A stretch of 36,460 nt of DNA from Hyphochytrium catenoides (taxonomy: Eukaryota > Protista > Hyphochytriomycota), in NCBI GenBank assembly GCA_900088475.1, contig FLMG01002560.1, positions 1 to 36,460 on the forward strand, read 5' to 3'. The notes under the pieces are model-generated. The model was given only the letters and a program-made list of their open reading frames with translations. It did not search any database and had not been told where the DNA came from. Position 1 is the first letter of the stretch; the number at the start of each line of letters is the position of its first letter. A program made the translations under genes and the position numbers. Positions 1-12,611 of the stretch are shown here, piece after piece.

Positions 1-87
1 GAGAGAGAGAGAGAGAGAGAGAGACAAAGAAGAAGGGGGTTCTGACATCCAACATCCGGCGATCCAAGAAGAAGGAAGAGGAGGAAA

Positions 88-858
88 ATGGAAGAAGTGG
101 AAGAGAAAGAAAGCGAGTGCGAAGGAGGAGAGAGAGAGAAACTCCCAGATCTCTCTTTCCTCGATGTTAACAACGTGAAGCGGATTCTCACGCTGGGAGA
201 TGGCAATTTCTCTTTCTCTCGCGGCCTTGTTCTCTCTCTCACCGGCCCGACCAAGGGAGAGACAAAAGGAGACGAGAGAGAGAAGGAAAACGAAGTAGAA
301 GAAGAAGAGAAAGAGAGAGAGTATCTCTCTTCTTCCCCTCCATCTTTCTTCCTCTTCGCCACATCCTTTGACTCTCAGGAAGAAGTGCTGGAGAAATATC
401 CAGAGTCCAGGCAGATTCTCTCTTCTCTCTCTCTCTATGATAATGTTAGGATAATGCACGGCGTGGACGCGCTCCACCTAGAAAAGACATTCTCTTCTTT
501 TCCTAAGCTAATGTTCGAGGAGATAATCTTCCATCATCCTCACCTAGGGAGAGAAGACGCGCGGATGCATAGAGCTATGCTGGCGCATTTCTTCAGAAGG
601 TAAGAGATAGAGACGGAGAGAGAGAGAGAGAGAGAGAGAGAGTTGGGCAGAGAAGAGAGAGAGTTGGGCAGAGAAGAGAGAGAGTTGGGCAGAGAAGAGA
701 GAGAGAGGCAGAGAGAGACAGAGAGAGACATTAGCCGGTTCTCTCTGTTATTTATCACTTGGGTTCATCGCTCCGCCGTTTTTCTCCGCCTACCTTCCGA
801 TATACACATGGCCAATTGGGCTTAGCCGCCTTAGACATCTCTCGTCCCCCCCTTTGTC

Positions 859-949
<91 letters not shown>

Positions 950-1224
950 CTGTCCTTCCTTGTCCTGACCTGTCATCCTCGACTCAGCTTTGTGGCTGTC
1001 TCTTCGCTCTTCTTTTTCTCGCCCCCCTCTCTCTCTCTCCCTCTCCCCGCTCGTCCACTCCCTCTGCGCTTCTCTCCCTTCTCTCTCTCTCTGTGCTCCC
1101 ATAATTTAGTGCAGTACAATTCTTAGAAGAGCGAGGTGAGATAGTTGTTTCTCTCGCGGAGCAGCAGTCGGAGCGGTGGCGACTCGTGGAACAGGTAGAT
1201 TTTCTCCTCTTTTACTGCGATTCT

Positions 1225-1269
<45 letters not shown>

Positions 1270-2611
1270 GTGGAATGCCTGGTCTAACGTCAGTCCAGGG
1301 ACGCCGCATGAAGATGCAATGTTTGTCTATCTCTCTCCCGCGCTCCTCTCCGGCTCTTGTCCAGGATCTCTTTTCTTTGTCTCTCTCCATGCGAAAGTAT
1401 CTCTCTCACCTTCATTCTCTTTTCTTCCTGTCACTCATGGACTCTTTGTGACATCTTTCTCTCTTTCTCTCTCTCCCAGGCGGCGCGATCGGATTTAGTG
1501 TTAGTCTCTTGCTCGCTGCTGGACGAGAGCCTCTTCCCAGGCTACGAGAGAAAGAGACATCAAACAGGGAAATCCTTCCATCAGGTCCAAGTTAGCTCTC
1601 TTATATAGTTTGCTCTGGTCTTTCTTCTCTCTCTCTCTTTATTCTCTCTCTCTCTTTCTTCTCTTTCTTCTCTGTCTCTCTCTCCTTCTCTTTCTTTCTC
1701 TCTCTCTCTCTCGCTCTTTTACTTTTCTCTTCTTTCTCTCTCTCTCCTTGTGTGTCTCTCTCTGTCTTTCTACCTCTCCATCTCTAGCTCTATTTTCTTT
1801 GTTTACCTTCGCTCTCTCTCCTCACCCCTCTTCTTCCTTTTTCCAGGCGCTTCTCTCTTTGCCGTGCTGATGTGTCTAGTCCCTCTCTCCTTTCACTTGA
1901 TGCTTCTCTCTACCGCTTTGGACACGCGGCTGACTCTCAGCCCCATAACTTCTCTCTCTTTCTCTCTCTCTTTCCGCTTTTTATTGTTTTCTCGCCTCTC
2001 GCTTCCACTGGTCTGATCTCCATCTGTGTGTCTNNNNNNNNNNNNNNNNNNNNNNNNNNNNNNNNNNNNNNNNNNNNNNNNNNNNNNNNNNNNNNNNNNN
2101 NNNCTCTCTCTCTCTCCCTCTTTCTCGTCTCATCTTTTGTAAGGTATATTCTCTCTCTCTCTTTAAATCTCTTGATATCTCTCTCTAAATCTCTAAATCT
2201 CTCTCTTCTACTAGGTTCTTCTTCACGGTCAGCGGTTGATGCAGCAAAGTAGAGTGTTCAGATTCAAGCGGAAGACAGTGGTAGAGAGAGAAAAGAGCGA
2301 GATCCTTGAAGAGAATGGTACAGTCTCTCTCCTTCCGAGCCCGAGCCCCCAGATAGATAATAGAGAGAGAAAGAGGACCAGGCGAGAGAAGAAGGAAGAC
2401 GGTAGAGAGAAAGAGAAAGAAGAAGAGAGAGACGAGAGTCCCGCTCTCTTCTGTGAAAAATGTGAAAAGGGCTTTGGGACTCTCCAAGGGCTGCGGACAC
2501 ATCTTCGCATGGTCCACGAACTTCAGGTATGGAGAGGATCCTCTGCTCTCTCTCTCTCGCGTTCTCTCTCTCTCTCTCTCTCTCTTTGCTCTCTCTTTGC
2601 TCTCTCTCACT

Positions 2612-2642
<31 letters not shown>

Positions 2643-2768
2643 CCCTTCTCCAGCTCTCTTCTATGTCCTAATCACAGTTTTCTTCCCTCGCGATACATCT
2701 TCCAAGCGCCTCTGATCCCGACTGCTAACTAAAATCCCTTCTTTCTCGCGCGTATGTCTCTCCCCTTT

Positions 2769-2806
<38 letters not shown>

Positions 2807-3306
2807 GCCATTGTCTTTTATTACTATTGGTGTCGAATTCGCAGAGAGGAAGAGAGATAGACGGAAAGAGAGAGAGAGAGTACCAATGTGTGCCATGCTC
2901 CCGTCTTTTCAAGGATGAGGAAGCTCTCTCCCAGCACAGAGCCGCCAGACACGGTCTACACAGAGAGATAAAGCCGGACTGGTACAAAGAGAGAGAGAGA
3001 GAAGAGACAGAAGGAAAGAGAGAGAACGGTGCCTTTGCTTGCGATGTTTGTTCTCTCTCTTTCTCTTCCCTGGAGGAGCTGCAGGACCATCAGCGGCAGC
3101 TCCTCCCGCAAGAGACAGAGAAGAGATTCTCCTGCAGAGGCTGTGGGAAGAAGTTTCTGGAGAGAAGAGCTGCCCGACAACATGAGAACTTTTGCAAAGA
3201 AGTGAAAGAGAAGGAAGAAGAGAGAGAGAAAGAAGGAGAGGGAGAGACGAGAGAGACAGGAGAGAGAGAGGGAATGCTAACTGCTCGAGGAGAGGAAGAA
3301 AGATGA
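88..3306 (+). CDS. DUF2431 / BMT5-like 25S rRNA (uridine-N3) methyltransferase domain protein with C-terminal C2H2-type zinc fingers; exons approx. 88-599, 1110-1194, 1480-1584, 2215-2526, 2845-3306
   Basis: Contains ILTLGDGNFSFS (SAM-binding motif I of DUF2431), ATSFDS..EKYP, MHGVDA and IIFHHPHLG. GT-AG splicing continues in frame through FFRSAVQFLEERGEIVVSL...W...FPGYERKR. The last two exons carry CEKC..H..H, CVPC..H..H, CDVC..H and CRGC..H..C fingers. An N gap at 2034-2103 lies in an intron. Confidence 0.85.
640..702 (+). repeat. 21-bp tandem repeat (GAGTTGGGCAGAGAAGAGAGA) x3 in intron 1
   Basis: Three consecutive identical units at 640-660, 661-681 and 682-702. Confidence 0.9.
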
Positions 3307-3718
3307 GATAGAGACGGGAATCAGTAAGCCAAAACACTCGCTCTTCGAAAGAGAGAGACACCGGCAGTGGACCAGGGAATAGGTGAGAAGGAACGCTCGG
3401 CGTTCCTTTGGATGAGCTTCTCTCTTTCTCTGTCTCTCTCTCTCTCTCTGTGTGTGTCTGCGGGGTCTCTCTGCCACCTGATCCCTTCCAGACATGTCAA
3501 GGCTTACCAAGGCTGAGGAAAGAGAGAACCTCAGGGTCCTTTCCCTAGGATTGGTCAAGAAGAAGAGTTAACAAGTGCGGCTGGAGTCTCCTTTTCCGGC
3601 TCTTCTCTCTCTCTCTCTTTTCTTCTTTCTCCCTTAAGGCTCCCATTCGTCTAATGCTGTCTGTGGTCATATGACAATAGCCTTTATTTTATTTGATGTA
3701 CATTAGTAGAAAAGTCCT

Positions 3719-3771
<53 letters not shown>

Positions 3772-3773
<2 letters not shown>

Positions 3774-4336
3774 ATGCTTTAGCTTCCACATCCATAGTAT
3801 AATCATAATCTATGGTGGGGATGACGGACTGGATAAACTTGAGGAAGATGAAGAGATAGTGCTCCGTGCGGGCCTCCTTCCCGCCAGCAGTCAAACAATC
3901 AATGATGCGTTTCATCGTCGCTGAGGAGAGAGAGAGAGAGAAAGAGAGAGAGACAGTTGTGACAATACGAAGGGGAAAGGGTCGAGAAGGGTTAGAGAGT
4001 AAGAGAAACCGGTGGAAAAGAGAGAGAGAGAAAGAGAGACAAGAAGGTTTTGGGGAAGAGATGGAGACCAGTAAGCAAACGTTTATAGTGCTGAAGAGCA
4101 AACTGTGGGTTCCGCATTACATGGACAAGAGAGAAAGGATCTACTAGCGAGGGGAAGAGAGAGAGAGAAAGAGAGAAGCAGCGAAAGAGAAGGGCGTACC
4201 TGCATGCTGGCAGGGGTGAATGGACGCGTGTGGGACGGAGAGATGCGGGTGCTGCTCGATGGTGACCGTCTTATTCGCATAGTCCTGCATTATGTCCTCG
4301 AAGATCTTCTCGTTAGACAGAGGCTGCCCATGCTGC

Positions 4337-4375
<39 letters not shown>

Positions 4376-4628
4376 GCTGTTAGGCAGTGATAGCGCACGC
4401 TTTCTCTTCCTAGTTTATCCTACGCCATGGTGACCCGGCGACGTATCTCTTTGTGTGTCTCCCTCCTCTTTACTCTGAATGCCGCAGTAAAAAGAAACGG
4501 AAGTTTCTCGCTCCTTTCTTCCTCAACACAGGTTTCTGTTCTCTCATTTTCTCTCTCTTCCGCCCTTCTCTCTCTCTGTTTCTCTCTGGACAAGTGCTTA
4601 CCACTCTCCCTGGACTTAGGAATACTAG

Positions 4629-4680
<52 letters not shown>

Positions 4681-4835
4681 ATACAAATGACTCACCTCGT
4701 TGTACCCGAAGAGCCAGACTCTGGGCGTCTGATAATATTTATCGTAAGTGATGGAAATGTCGTAGGTCCGCGTCCTGAGGATCGTGTCCTCTGGCTCTTC
4801 AGCTTTGAAATAAGAAGGCTCGCCCGACACCAGCG

Positions 4836-4873
<38 letters not shown>

Positions 4874-5137
4874 AGAAGAGAGAGAGAGAGAGAGAGAAAA
4901 TTAAAGAGAGAGAGAGAGAGAGAAGAGAGAGGGACGGGCGAGATGATATTATGAGATAAAGAGAAAGGAGAGAGGAAAGAAAGAGTGTGAGAGTGAGCCC
5001 TTAAGAGAGAGACACAAAGTGAAGTGGAAGAGAGAGACAGAGAGGGAATATGAGAGGTACTGAAAATAAAGAGAGAAAATGAGGAGACAAGAAGGGGAAG
5101 AAGAGATATCGGGGGGAAGGGAGAAAGAGAGACGTAC

Positions 5138-5173
<36 letters not shown>

Positions 5174-5759
5174 CATATACCTCATCGGGTTCCGCTAGAT
5201 TTTCTTCCTCAAACGTCGCCATGTCCGCGTACTCCTCGTCGACATTCTCACCTGCAGAAGCCTCGACCTGAGCCGCCGCCTCTGCAGCTTTCTGGCAGGG
5301 CCGTCGTGTAAAAGAGAGAGAGACAGACAGACAGACAGGCAGAAGAGAGATAGAGAGAAAGAGAGAGAGAAAGAGAGGCGAGGCATAGAAAAAGGGGAGA
5401 GAGGAAGAAAGAGGAAGTGTGAGAGAGACTAAGAGAAAGGAAGAAGGAGAGGTAGATAAAAATTGGAGTAGGAAAAGCGATCTGCTGACCACAGAAGAGA
5501 GAGAGAGAAAGAGACAAGCAGAGAGGGGGAAGGCGCTGAAAAAGAGAGAAAGAGAGAGAGAGAGAAGAATAGAGACCGAAGGAAGGATATATACCTTTCC
5601 TTCGGCAACCGCAAAGTGATCTTCTTCAACAATGGCAGAGATAAGATTTACTCTTCCTCCACCTTCTGCCTGCGCCGCCCCGCTCGAGCTCAGTCCCGAG
5701 ATATCTTCCACTTCCTCATGCTTGTGCTCTAAGGAGAGAGAGAGGGAGAGAGAGAGAGT

Positions 5760-5798
<39 letters not shown>

Positions 5799-6326
5799 TG
5801 AAAGAGAGAACGAGGGAAGAAAGGATAGAGACAATTTGTCAGAGAAGAGAGAGCAAACTTAGACTGAGAGAGAAAAATTGTGGCAAAGAAAACGGGAGAG
5901 CATACAAGAGAACAAAAGAGCGAAAAGAAAGAAGTGAAGAGAGTATATACGAAACAGAGATAGAGAGAGAGAGAGGATGCGGAGTAGAATGAAGAGAGAG
6001 AGAGAGAGAGAGAGAGAGTGCTGATCGATAGGAAGCAAGATTACTATGGCAAATAGAACACCGATAAAGAGAGAGAGAGAGCAGCGAGAACAAAGAAGAG
6101 AGAGAGAGAGAGAGTGCGAGAGAGAGAGGGAATTGAAGGGAGAGATGTGGACATCACCGTCAACATTGCTGTGAGTCGCTAGCCAGACATCCTCCTCTCC
6201 CTCTTCCTCCTCCTGTTCCGCTCCTCGCACCTCTGTCTCCTCCACATACTGATCGTCCAGGTTGCTAACTCGGCGCCGACACGGGACTGGGGAGAAAGGA
6301 AATGAAACGAGAGAAAGAAAAAGACG

Positions 6327-6374
<48 letters not shown>

Positions 6375-6528
6375 GAGAGAGAGGGAGGGACGGAAAGAGG
6401 GAGAGAGAAGAGCGAGAGAATAAGGAGGAAGGTTAGCTTGTGCCAGCGTACAGGAATGAAAAAGATTGAAGGGTTGTCCATAGGCTCAGATATGATATCT
6501 GGGCCAGGGAGAGTGCAAGCCAAAGAGA

Positions 6529-6562
<34 letters not shown>

Positions 6563-6838
6563 NNNNNNNNNNNNNNNNNNNNNNNNNNNNNNNNNNNNNN
6601 NNNNNCGAGGATGCTCAGGTAGCCAAGGTAGATGGACACAGACTGGGGAATAAAACCCAGGAAGGAGAGACACAAGCAAAGAGAAAGCGTGGAGAGAGAG
6701 AGAGACAGAGAGAAAGAGAGAGGAAACTAAGTAAGAGAGCCACACCATTGCGTGTGATAAGAAACTGCTTGTTGGGAGGAAGGTAAGGTCGCCGCTTGGT
6801 AGGGTCTCCGCTTTCCCTGCGAGAGAAAATGTAAGAGG

Positions 6839-6884
<46 letters not shown>

Positions 6885-7225
6885 CCATGGAAAGAAGAGC
6901 CAGCAAGGAGAGAGAACGCAAGTACATAGAGCCAGGATTCATTCAGTAGGATGGGAGAGGGAGTTAGTAGAGAGCAGGAGGGCCAGAGTGGCATATAATC
7001 AGACAGGAGAGAGAGAGAGAGAGAAGAGAGAGGGAGAGAGACAGAGACACAGAGAGAGAGAGAGAGAGAGAAGCGCTACCACTGCCATGTGGGGCACTTA
7101 TAAACAAGCTGATCACCCGCGGCGACGAACTCTTCCGGCGTGAGGAGGCCGCGGCCCTGGCTTTCCTGCAGCACCGGCGTCAGATATTCCCGCACCCCCT
7201 GGAAGATACTCGTCATGCTGTTCAT
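3772..7225 (-). CDS. ATG3: Autophagy-related E2-like conjugating enzyme ATG3; exons approx. 7225-7080, 6816-6746, 6286-6158, 5728-5595, 5291-5181, 4839-4696, 4332-4200, 3920-3772
   Basis: Spliced translation gives [44 protein letters not shown], an acidic flexible region, [27 protein letters not shown], catalytic SIHPCQHA and [21 protein letters not shown]. All junctions are GT-AG and in phase. Confidence 0.97.
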
Positions 7226-7227
7226 CT

Positions 7228-7283
<56 letters not shown>

Positions 7284-7685
7284 AGAAACGGGTGAGAAGA
7301 AAAGAAAGAGAGAAAGAGAGAGAGAGTTGAGAGAGAGAGAACAAACAGCAGAGAGGGAAGAATGAGAGAGATTTCGTGTGAGAGACAGGAACAGAGATAG
7401 GGAAAAGAGAGAGAGAGAAGAAGAGACGGAGAGGAAAGAACAGAAGAGAGAGAAAATGGGAGAGGAGCTTCAACAAGCGGCCGGCGAAGTATGGCGATCT
7501 CTCTCGCCTGGCGCCTCTTTCCTTTTCGTCTCTTCTCGTGGCATCCCAACTCCTCAGGGCTCTCCCTGCGCTGTTTCTCTTCTGTCTCTCCCTCTTCCTT
7601 TTCTCTCTCTCCCTCCTTCGTATTCTCTCCTTCTCCGCGTATTTTGTTCCATTCTCTCCCTCTCTGNNNNNNNNNNNNNNNNNNN

Positions 7686-7729
<44 letters not shown>

Positions 7730-8182
7730 TTCTGATGCTAATGCTTCCCTGCTGGGCAGCCCTCACCTTGGCCTTTGGCTGGATAAGGAGAGAGCAGCTT
7801 TCCCGGGTCCTGATTGAGAAGTAAACACGCGAGAAGGTCGCGTCCTCAAATCCTCCAGTCACACTTTCTCGCCTGTCAACTCTCTCTCTCTCTCTCTCTC
7901 TTCTCCTCTCTCTCCTTATTGTTCTCTCTCTTCCCTTCTCTTTCTCTACCTTCTTTTCCCTCAGTTTTATGTGCCGCGAGAAGCAAGATGTGGACCGAAC
8001 CCAAGCGGCAGCGAAAGAGAAAGAGAGAGTGTGTGAAACAGAGGGAGAGAGAGAGAGAGAGAAAGACACACAACAACATGACGGGGAAGTCGGAGAAAAT
8101 CCTTGGAAAAACGTTCCAAGAACAGAACCAGAAAATGATAGATAGAGAGGAAGAGGAGAATGAGAGAGTGAGAGATGAGAGA

Positions 8183-8235
<53 letters not shown>

Positions 8236-8456
8236 AGAGGGAGAACGGGTGAGGCCGGTAACGGTATCTTTTGAGGAAGATGTCTCATCACAGCGAATGC
8301 TAAAATGTTAGGGATGGAAACGGACAGCAGCACTATCTATGGGGGAGGGAGAGGAAAGAGGAAGAGAGAGAGAGAGAGAGAGAGAGGGGGAGAGGAAAGA
8401 GGAACAGAGAGAGAGACGAGAGAGAGAGAAAGAAGCGTTAAGCAAAGAGAGAGGGG

Positions 8457-8487
<31 letters not shown>

Positions 8488-8779
8488 GATGCGCCGATTG
8501 AGAGAAGAATCAGCCGTGTGAGCCTTGTTAGATAGAGAACGCTTGCTTAAGGCGACCAGGAGAGAGACACCAGCCTTAGAAACGGAAGGTAGGCAGCACG
8601 CAGCAGAGGGAGAAGAGAGAGAGAGAGTGACGCCGCAGATAGGAGAGACAGAGAACGGAGCAGGAGAGAGAGAGAAGAGAGAGAAAGAGAGAGAAAAAGA
8701 GAGAAAGAGAGAGAGAGAGACTAAGGAGAGTTGCACCTTAGGGCCTGAAGGAACAGATAAAGAGTGTGCAATAAGAGCT

Positions 8780-9069
8780 ATGGAGCCGTCGCCTCCCAAA
8801 GGGAGAGAGAGAGAACAAGATCTGTCTCTCTCCTCCTCTCCCTCCAGAAAGAGACCGCGCACGAGATCTTCTAGCCAAGGAGAGAGAGAGCCCAAGTCAG
8901 AGGAGAGAGACAAGCATCTCACGGTAAAGGAAAAGCAGCCGCAGGGAGAGAAAGGAGCAGGAGAGAGGAGAGAGGAAAAGGAGGCCGAGACTTCGACTGT
9001 GGCTGTGGACCTTGAAAGCTCTCTCTCGCGGTTGGAGAAATATCTGGTACGGGGCCCTGAACTTTCTTG

Positions 9070-9100
<31 letters not shown>

Positions 9101-9349
9101 CTTCTGCTCCTTCCCCGTCTTCTCTCACTCTTTCTCCCTCTCTCTCTGTCTGTTTGTCTGTCTCTCTCTATCTCTCTGCCTCTATCTATTTTTCTCTCTC
9201 CTTTTCTCTGAGCTCTCGCTCCTTCAACCCCCTGTGGCTACCCTCTTTCTCAACTTCTTCTCTTTTAGTCTCTCTCGCTGTCTCTTTTTTCTTTATGTCT
9301 CTCTGCTCTGTTTCTCTTCTCTCACCGCCTCTCTCGTTCTCTCTCTCTC

Positions 9350-9389
<40 letters not shown>

Positions 9390-9986
9390 TTTCTCCACCT
9401 CGCGCTCACACGTGCGACACAGCCCTCAGAGAAGAAGTTTGTGAAAGCTTCTTCTCTTCTCTCTCANNNNNNNNNNNNNNNNNNNNNNNNNNNNNNNNNN
9501 NNNNNNNNNNNNNNNNNNNNNNNNNNNNNNNNNNNNAAACCTCTTACTTATATTACCGATCCCAAGCTCGGACCGTCCTTTCTCTCTCTCTTTCGGACAG
9601 TAGCGGAGAAGATAGAGCTTTTCAACGAGGAAAACAGAGTGAGTTCCTCCTCTCTCCTCTGTCTCTCCATCAGATTGCTGTTTTCGTTCTCCCTCTCTCT
9701 CTTTCTTACTTTTTCTCTCTGTCTATGTTTCCTTCTATCTCACCTCCTCCTGCCTTTGACTGTGTCGCTCTTTCTCTCTGTGTGTCTCAGTCTTCGGCTT
9801 CCCCTTCGATGTCGTTTTTACCCTTTCTTCTGTCACTGCTTTCTCTCTCTCTCTCTCTCTCTTCTCCCCCAACACAGAGATTGCTTAGTCTCTCCCCCTT
9901 TCGTAGAAGTGGGCTGCTCTCTCCCTCGATTAGCCATGTAAAACGAACTGATGTCTTTTTCCTCGTTGCCGGTAGCCGGTCCTATG

Positions 9987-10020
<34 letters not shown>

Positions 10021-11101
10021 TATCTGTGTGTGTGTGTGTCTCTCTCTTACTCTCTCTCCCCTCTCTTCAGAAAGAGCTCCGTCCGCTGATAATCCGTGGC
10101 TACATTCACAATCAGCTGTTCACAGATGACTCCTTCGAGGTGCGCCTCTGGGAAGAGAAGGAGAGAGAAAGACAGAGGGAGAGTGTATAAAAGCTTAGAC
10201 CATAAGAAGAAAGAGAGGATGAGAGAGAGAGAGAGAGAGAGTTTGAAAGAGAGAAGAGGACCAAGAGACAAGGCAGAACCTGAGATGCGCTGTTAACTTT
10301 GCTCTTCTCTCTCCTTCCAGTTCCACCGAGCCGCGAAGGCGCTGATGAGAGAAATCGAACAGTTAACGGGCCGTCTCTCGGGAGAGACTGAAGAGGAAGA
10401 GAGAGAGAGAGAAGAGAAAGATGGAGAAGGAGAGGAGGAAAGAAAGAAAGAGGGAGAGCGCGAGATAGAGTGGCAGAAGGCCAGTATAGAATGCCTGGAG
10501 ACGATGGAGAAGAGATACAGCGTGGACTGGGTCAAGGTAAGCGGCGACTTTGAAGGAGGAAACGGGAGACTTTTTGCCTGTGCTTAACGCCTCTGTTCGG
10601 TAGAGCCTTCTACACTGCTTTATTGTCTTTCTCTCCCTCGTTCTCTCTCTCTTCCCTCTGCGTCTTTCTCCGCTTTCTTTCAAAAACTTGCTCCGCTATT
10701 TCCTTACCCTTCCGTTTTGCTCTCTTCCCACCATTTTTTCGCTTTTTCTGCCTTTCCAATAACTCTCTCTCTCTCTCTGTCTGTCTATCTGTCTCTCTCT
10801 ATCTGTCTCTCTGTCTGTCTGTCTCTCTCTCTCTGTCTGTCTGTCTCTCCCTCTTTTCTTCCCATCCTAGACCTCGGTCCACCAGGTGGTAGATCTCATA
10901 AAGAGAAAGCGCCATCTCTTCTCTCCGTCTCTCCTCTCCCGCTTGGATCTCTCTCTCAACTCTCTCCACCGGCGGCGCGTGGCTCCTCCGTCTCAAGGGT
11001 TTGGGAGAGAGCTCAGGCAGAATCTGGTCCAAGGAAAGACAAGCAGTGGCCTCATCGTAGGGAGACACTTCCATCCTCTCCATCAAAGAAAGGATCTCTG
11101 A
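8780..11101 (+). CDS. Conserved uncharacterised eukaryotic protein (LFTDDSF motif); exons approx. 8780-9046, 9423-9638 (spans N gap), 10071-10139, 10321-10536, 10871-11101
   Basis: In-phase GT-AG exons give SLSRLEKYL-PSEKKFVKASSLL, TDPKLGPSFLSLF, IHNQLFTDDSFEFHRAAK and IECLETMEKRYSVDWVK-TSVHQVVDLI. From memory this resembles a plant/algal hypothetical family (KKFSKAS..NDLFTDDSF..CLE..RY..W). The start codon is inferred: it is the first ATG after an in-frame stop at 8519-8521. Confidence 0.75.
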
Positions 11102-11122
11102 TAGTAGTAGGCCTTCAAGGAC

Positions 11123-11155
<33 letters not shown>

Positions 11156-11296
11156 GCGAGAGAGAGAGAGAGAAACGACGCTTGTCTCTCTCTGTTCCTC
11201 CTCTGCGTCCATCTTCGTATCATGGGGCAACCCGATGTCAATAAAGAGTGTCTCTCTCTCACTCTCTCTCTCTCTTCTCATGTTTTTCCTTCACTG

Positions 11297-12400
11297 TCAG
11301 AGCCCAATTCCTATCTTGGAGTCTCTCTCTGTGTCTCTCTTCTCTCTCTCTCCATGTAGTTCCCATCCAGCCACTCCAGGCGAGAAAGAGTGGCATAGAG
11401 AGAGGCTTTATATTGGGAAAGAGAGAGAGAGAGGGAGAACGCCGTCGCCGCGATGGAGAGCCAGGTAACGTTCGGGCAGAAGCTCAGAAGCTTCGCGCAC
11501 TGGGAATGAGTAAGAGAACTGGGAGAGCAAGAGAAGAGAGAGAGAGAGAAAGAGAGAGAGACAAACTTTAGTTTCCGGTCCAGTTCTCGTCTCTCCTGCT
11601 CTTCCTGAGCTCGGGCTCTATCCTCCGATATCCAACTCTCCTCCTCTTTTCTCTCTTGCTTTGCCCGAAAGGTACAAACTCTTGGATCAGGGCATTCTGT
11701 CTCTTCTCTTTCTCTGCCTCTCTCTCTCTCACAATCTGCGCCCTCTCTCTTCCCCTTGGCTCAGCCCCTCTACCTTTTTTTATTACTGGCACTTTCTTTC
11801 GTTGGGAAGCCTCTTTATCTCCTCTACGGTCCCCATCCTCTCTCTCGTTCTCTCTTATATTCTCTTCCTCGTCTCTCTCCCAGTTTTTCTCTTCTCAACC
11901 TTGGTGGTCGCTTCTCTCCCTCTCTCTCTCTGTCTCTCTCTCTCTTATTTTCTTCTTCTTCTTCTTTTTCTTCTTCTTCTTTCTCACCTATTACCATAGA
12001 CGGCAAGCTTCTCTAGAGACGGCATCTGCGGCATTTCTCCCACTGTTTGCAGCTTGTTTCCCGAGAGAGAGAGACTCTGAAGAGAGGAGCAAGACAAAGG
12101 GAGAGACACAGACGAGAGCTGGTTTTGCCGCAGGTCCAAGATTCGCAACTGCGAGGGAAGAAGAGAGAGAAGGAAGAGAGAGAGAGATAATAAGAGGAGA
12201 GTGTTCTCCCTTCTTTTCACCCATTCAAAATCTCTTCTTCCTGCCCTCTTCCTGTCATTTAGTCCTCTGTCTATCTCTGTTTCTCTCTTTCCGTGTCCCT
12301 CTCTCTTCTCTCTCTCTTTCCTCTAATTCCAATCGTAATCTCCCTCTCTTTTAGTCCTCCGTCTGTCTCTCTCTGTGTCTCCCTCTGTTTCTCTCTTTCC

Positions 12401-12437
<37 letters not shown>

Positions 12438-12579
12438 CTCCCTCTTCTCTCTCACCAGCGTGAGGTGCGCTAGCTCCTTTATGTTAATCTCTGTGATAAA
12501 GTTGTTGTGCAAGTAAAGCTCCTCCAGCGCGGGCATGCAAGAGACATTGGGAAATACTTCCAGGGCATTGATGCCTGAG

Positions 12580-12611
<32 letters not shown>

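Noticed and set aside
7456-7560. EVWRSLSPGASFLFVS on the + strand, resembling a SAM-methyltransferase post-II motif
   Set aside because: No motif I and no supporting exons. It is too short to distinguish from chance.
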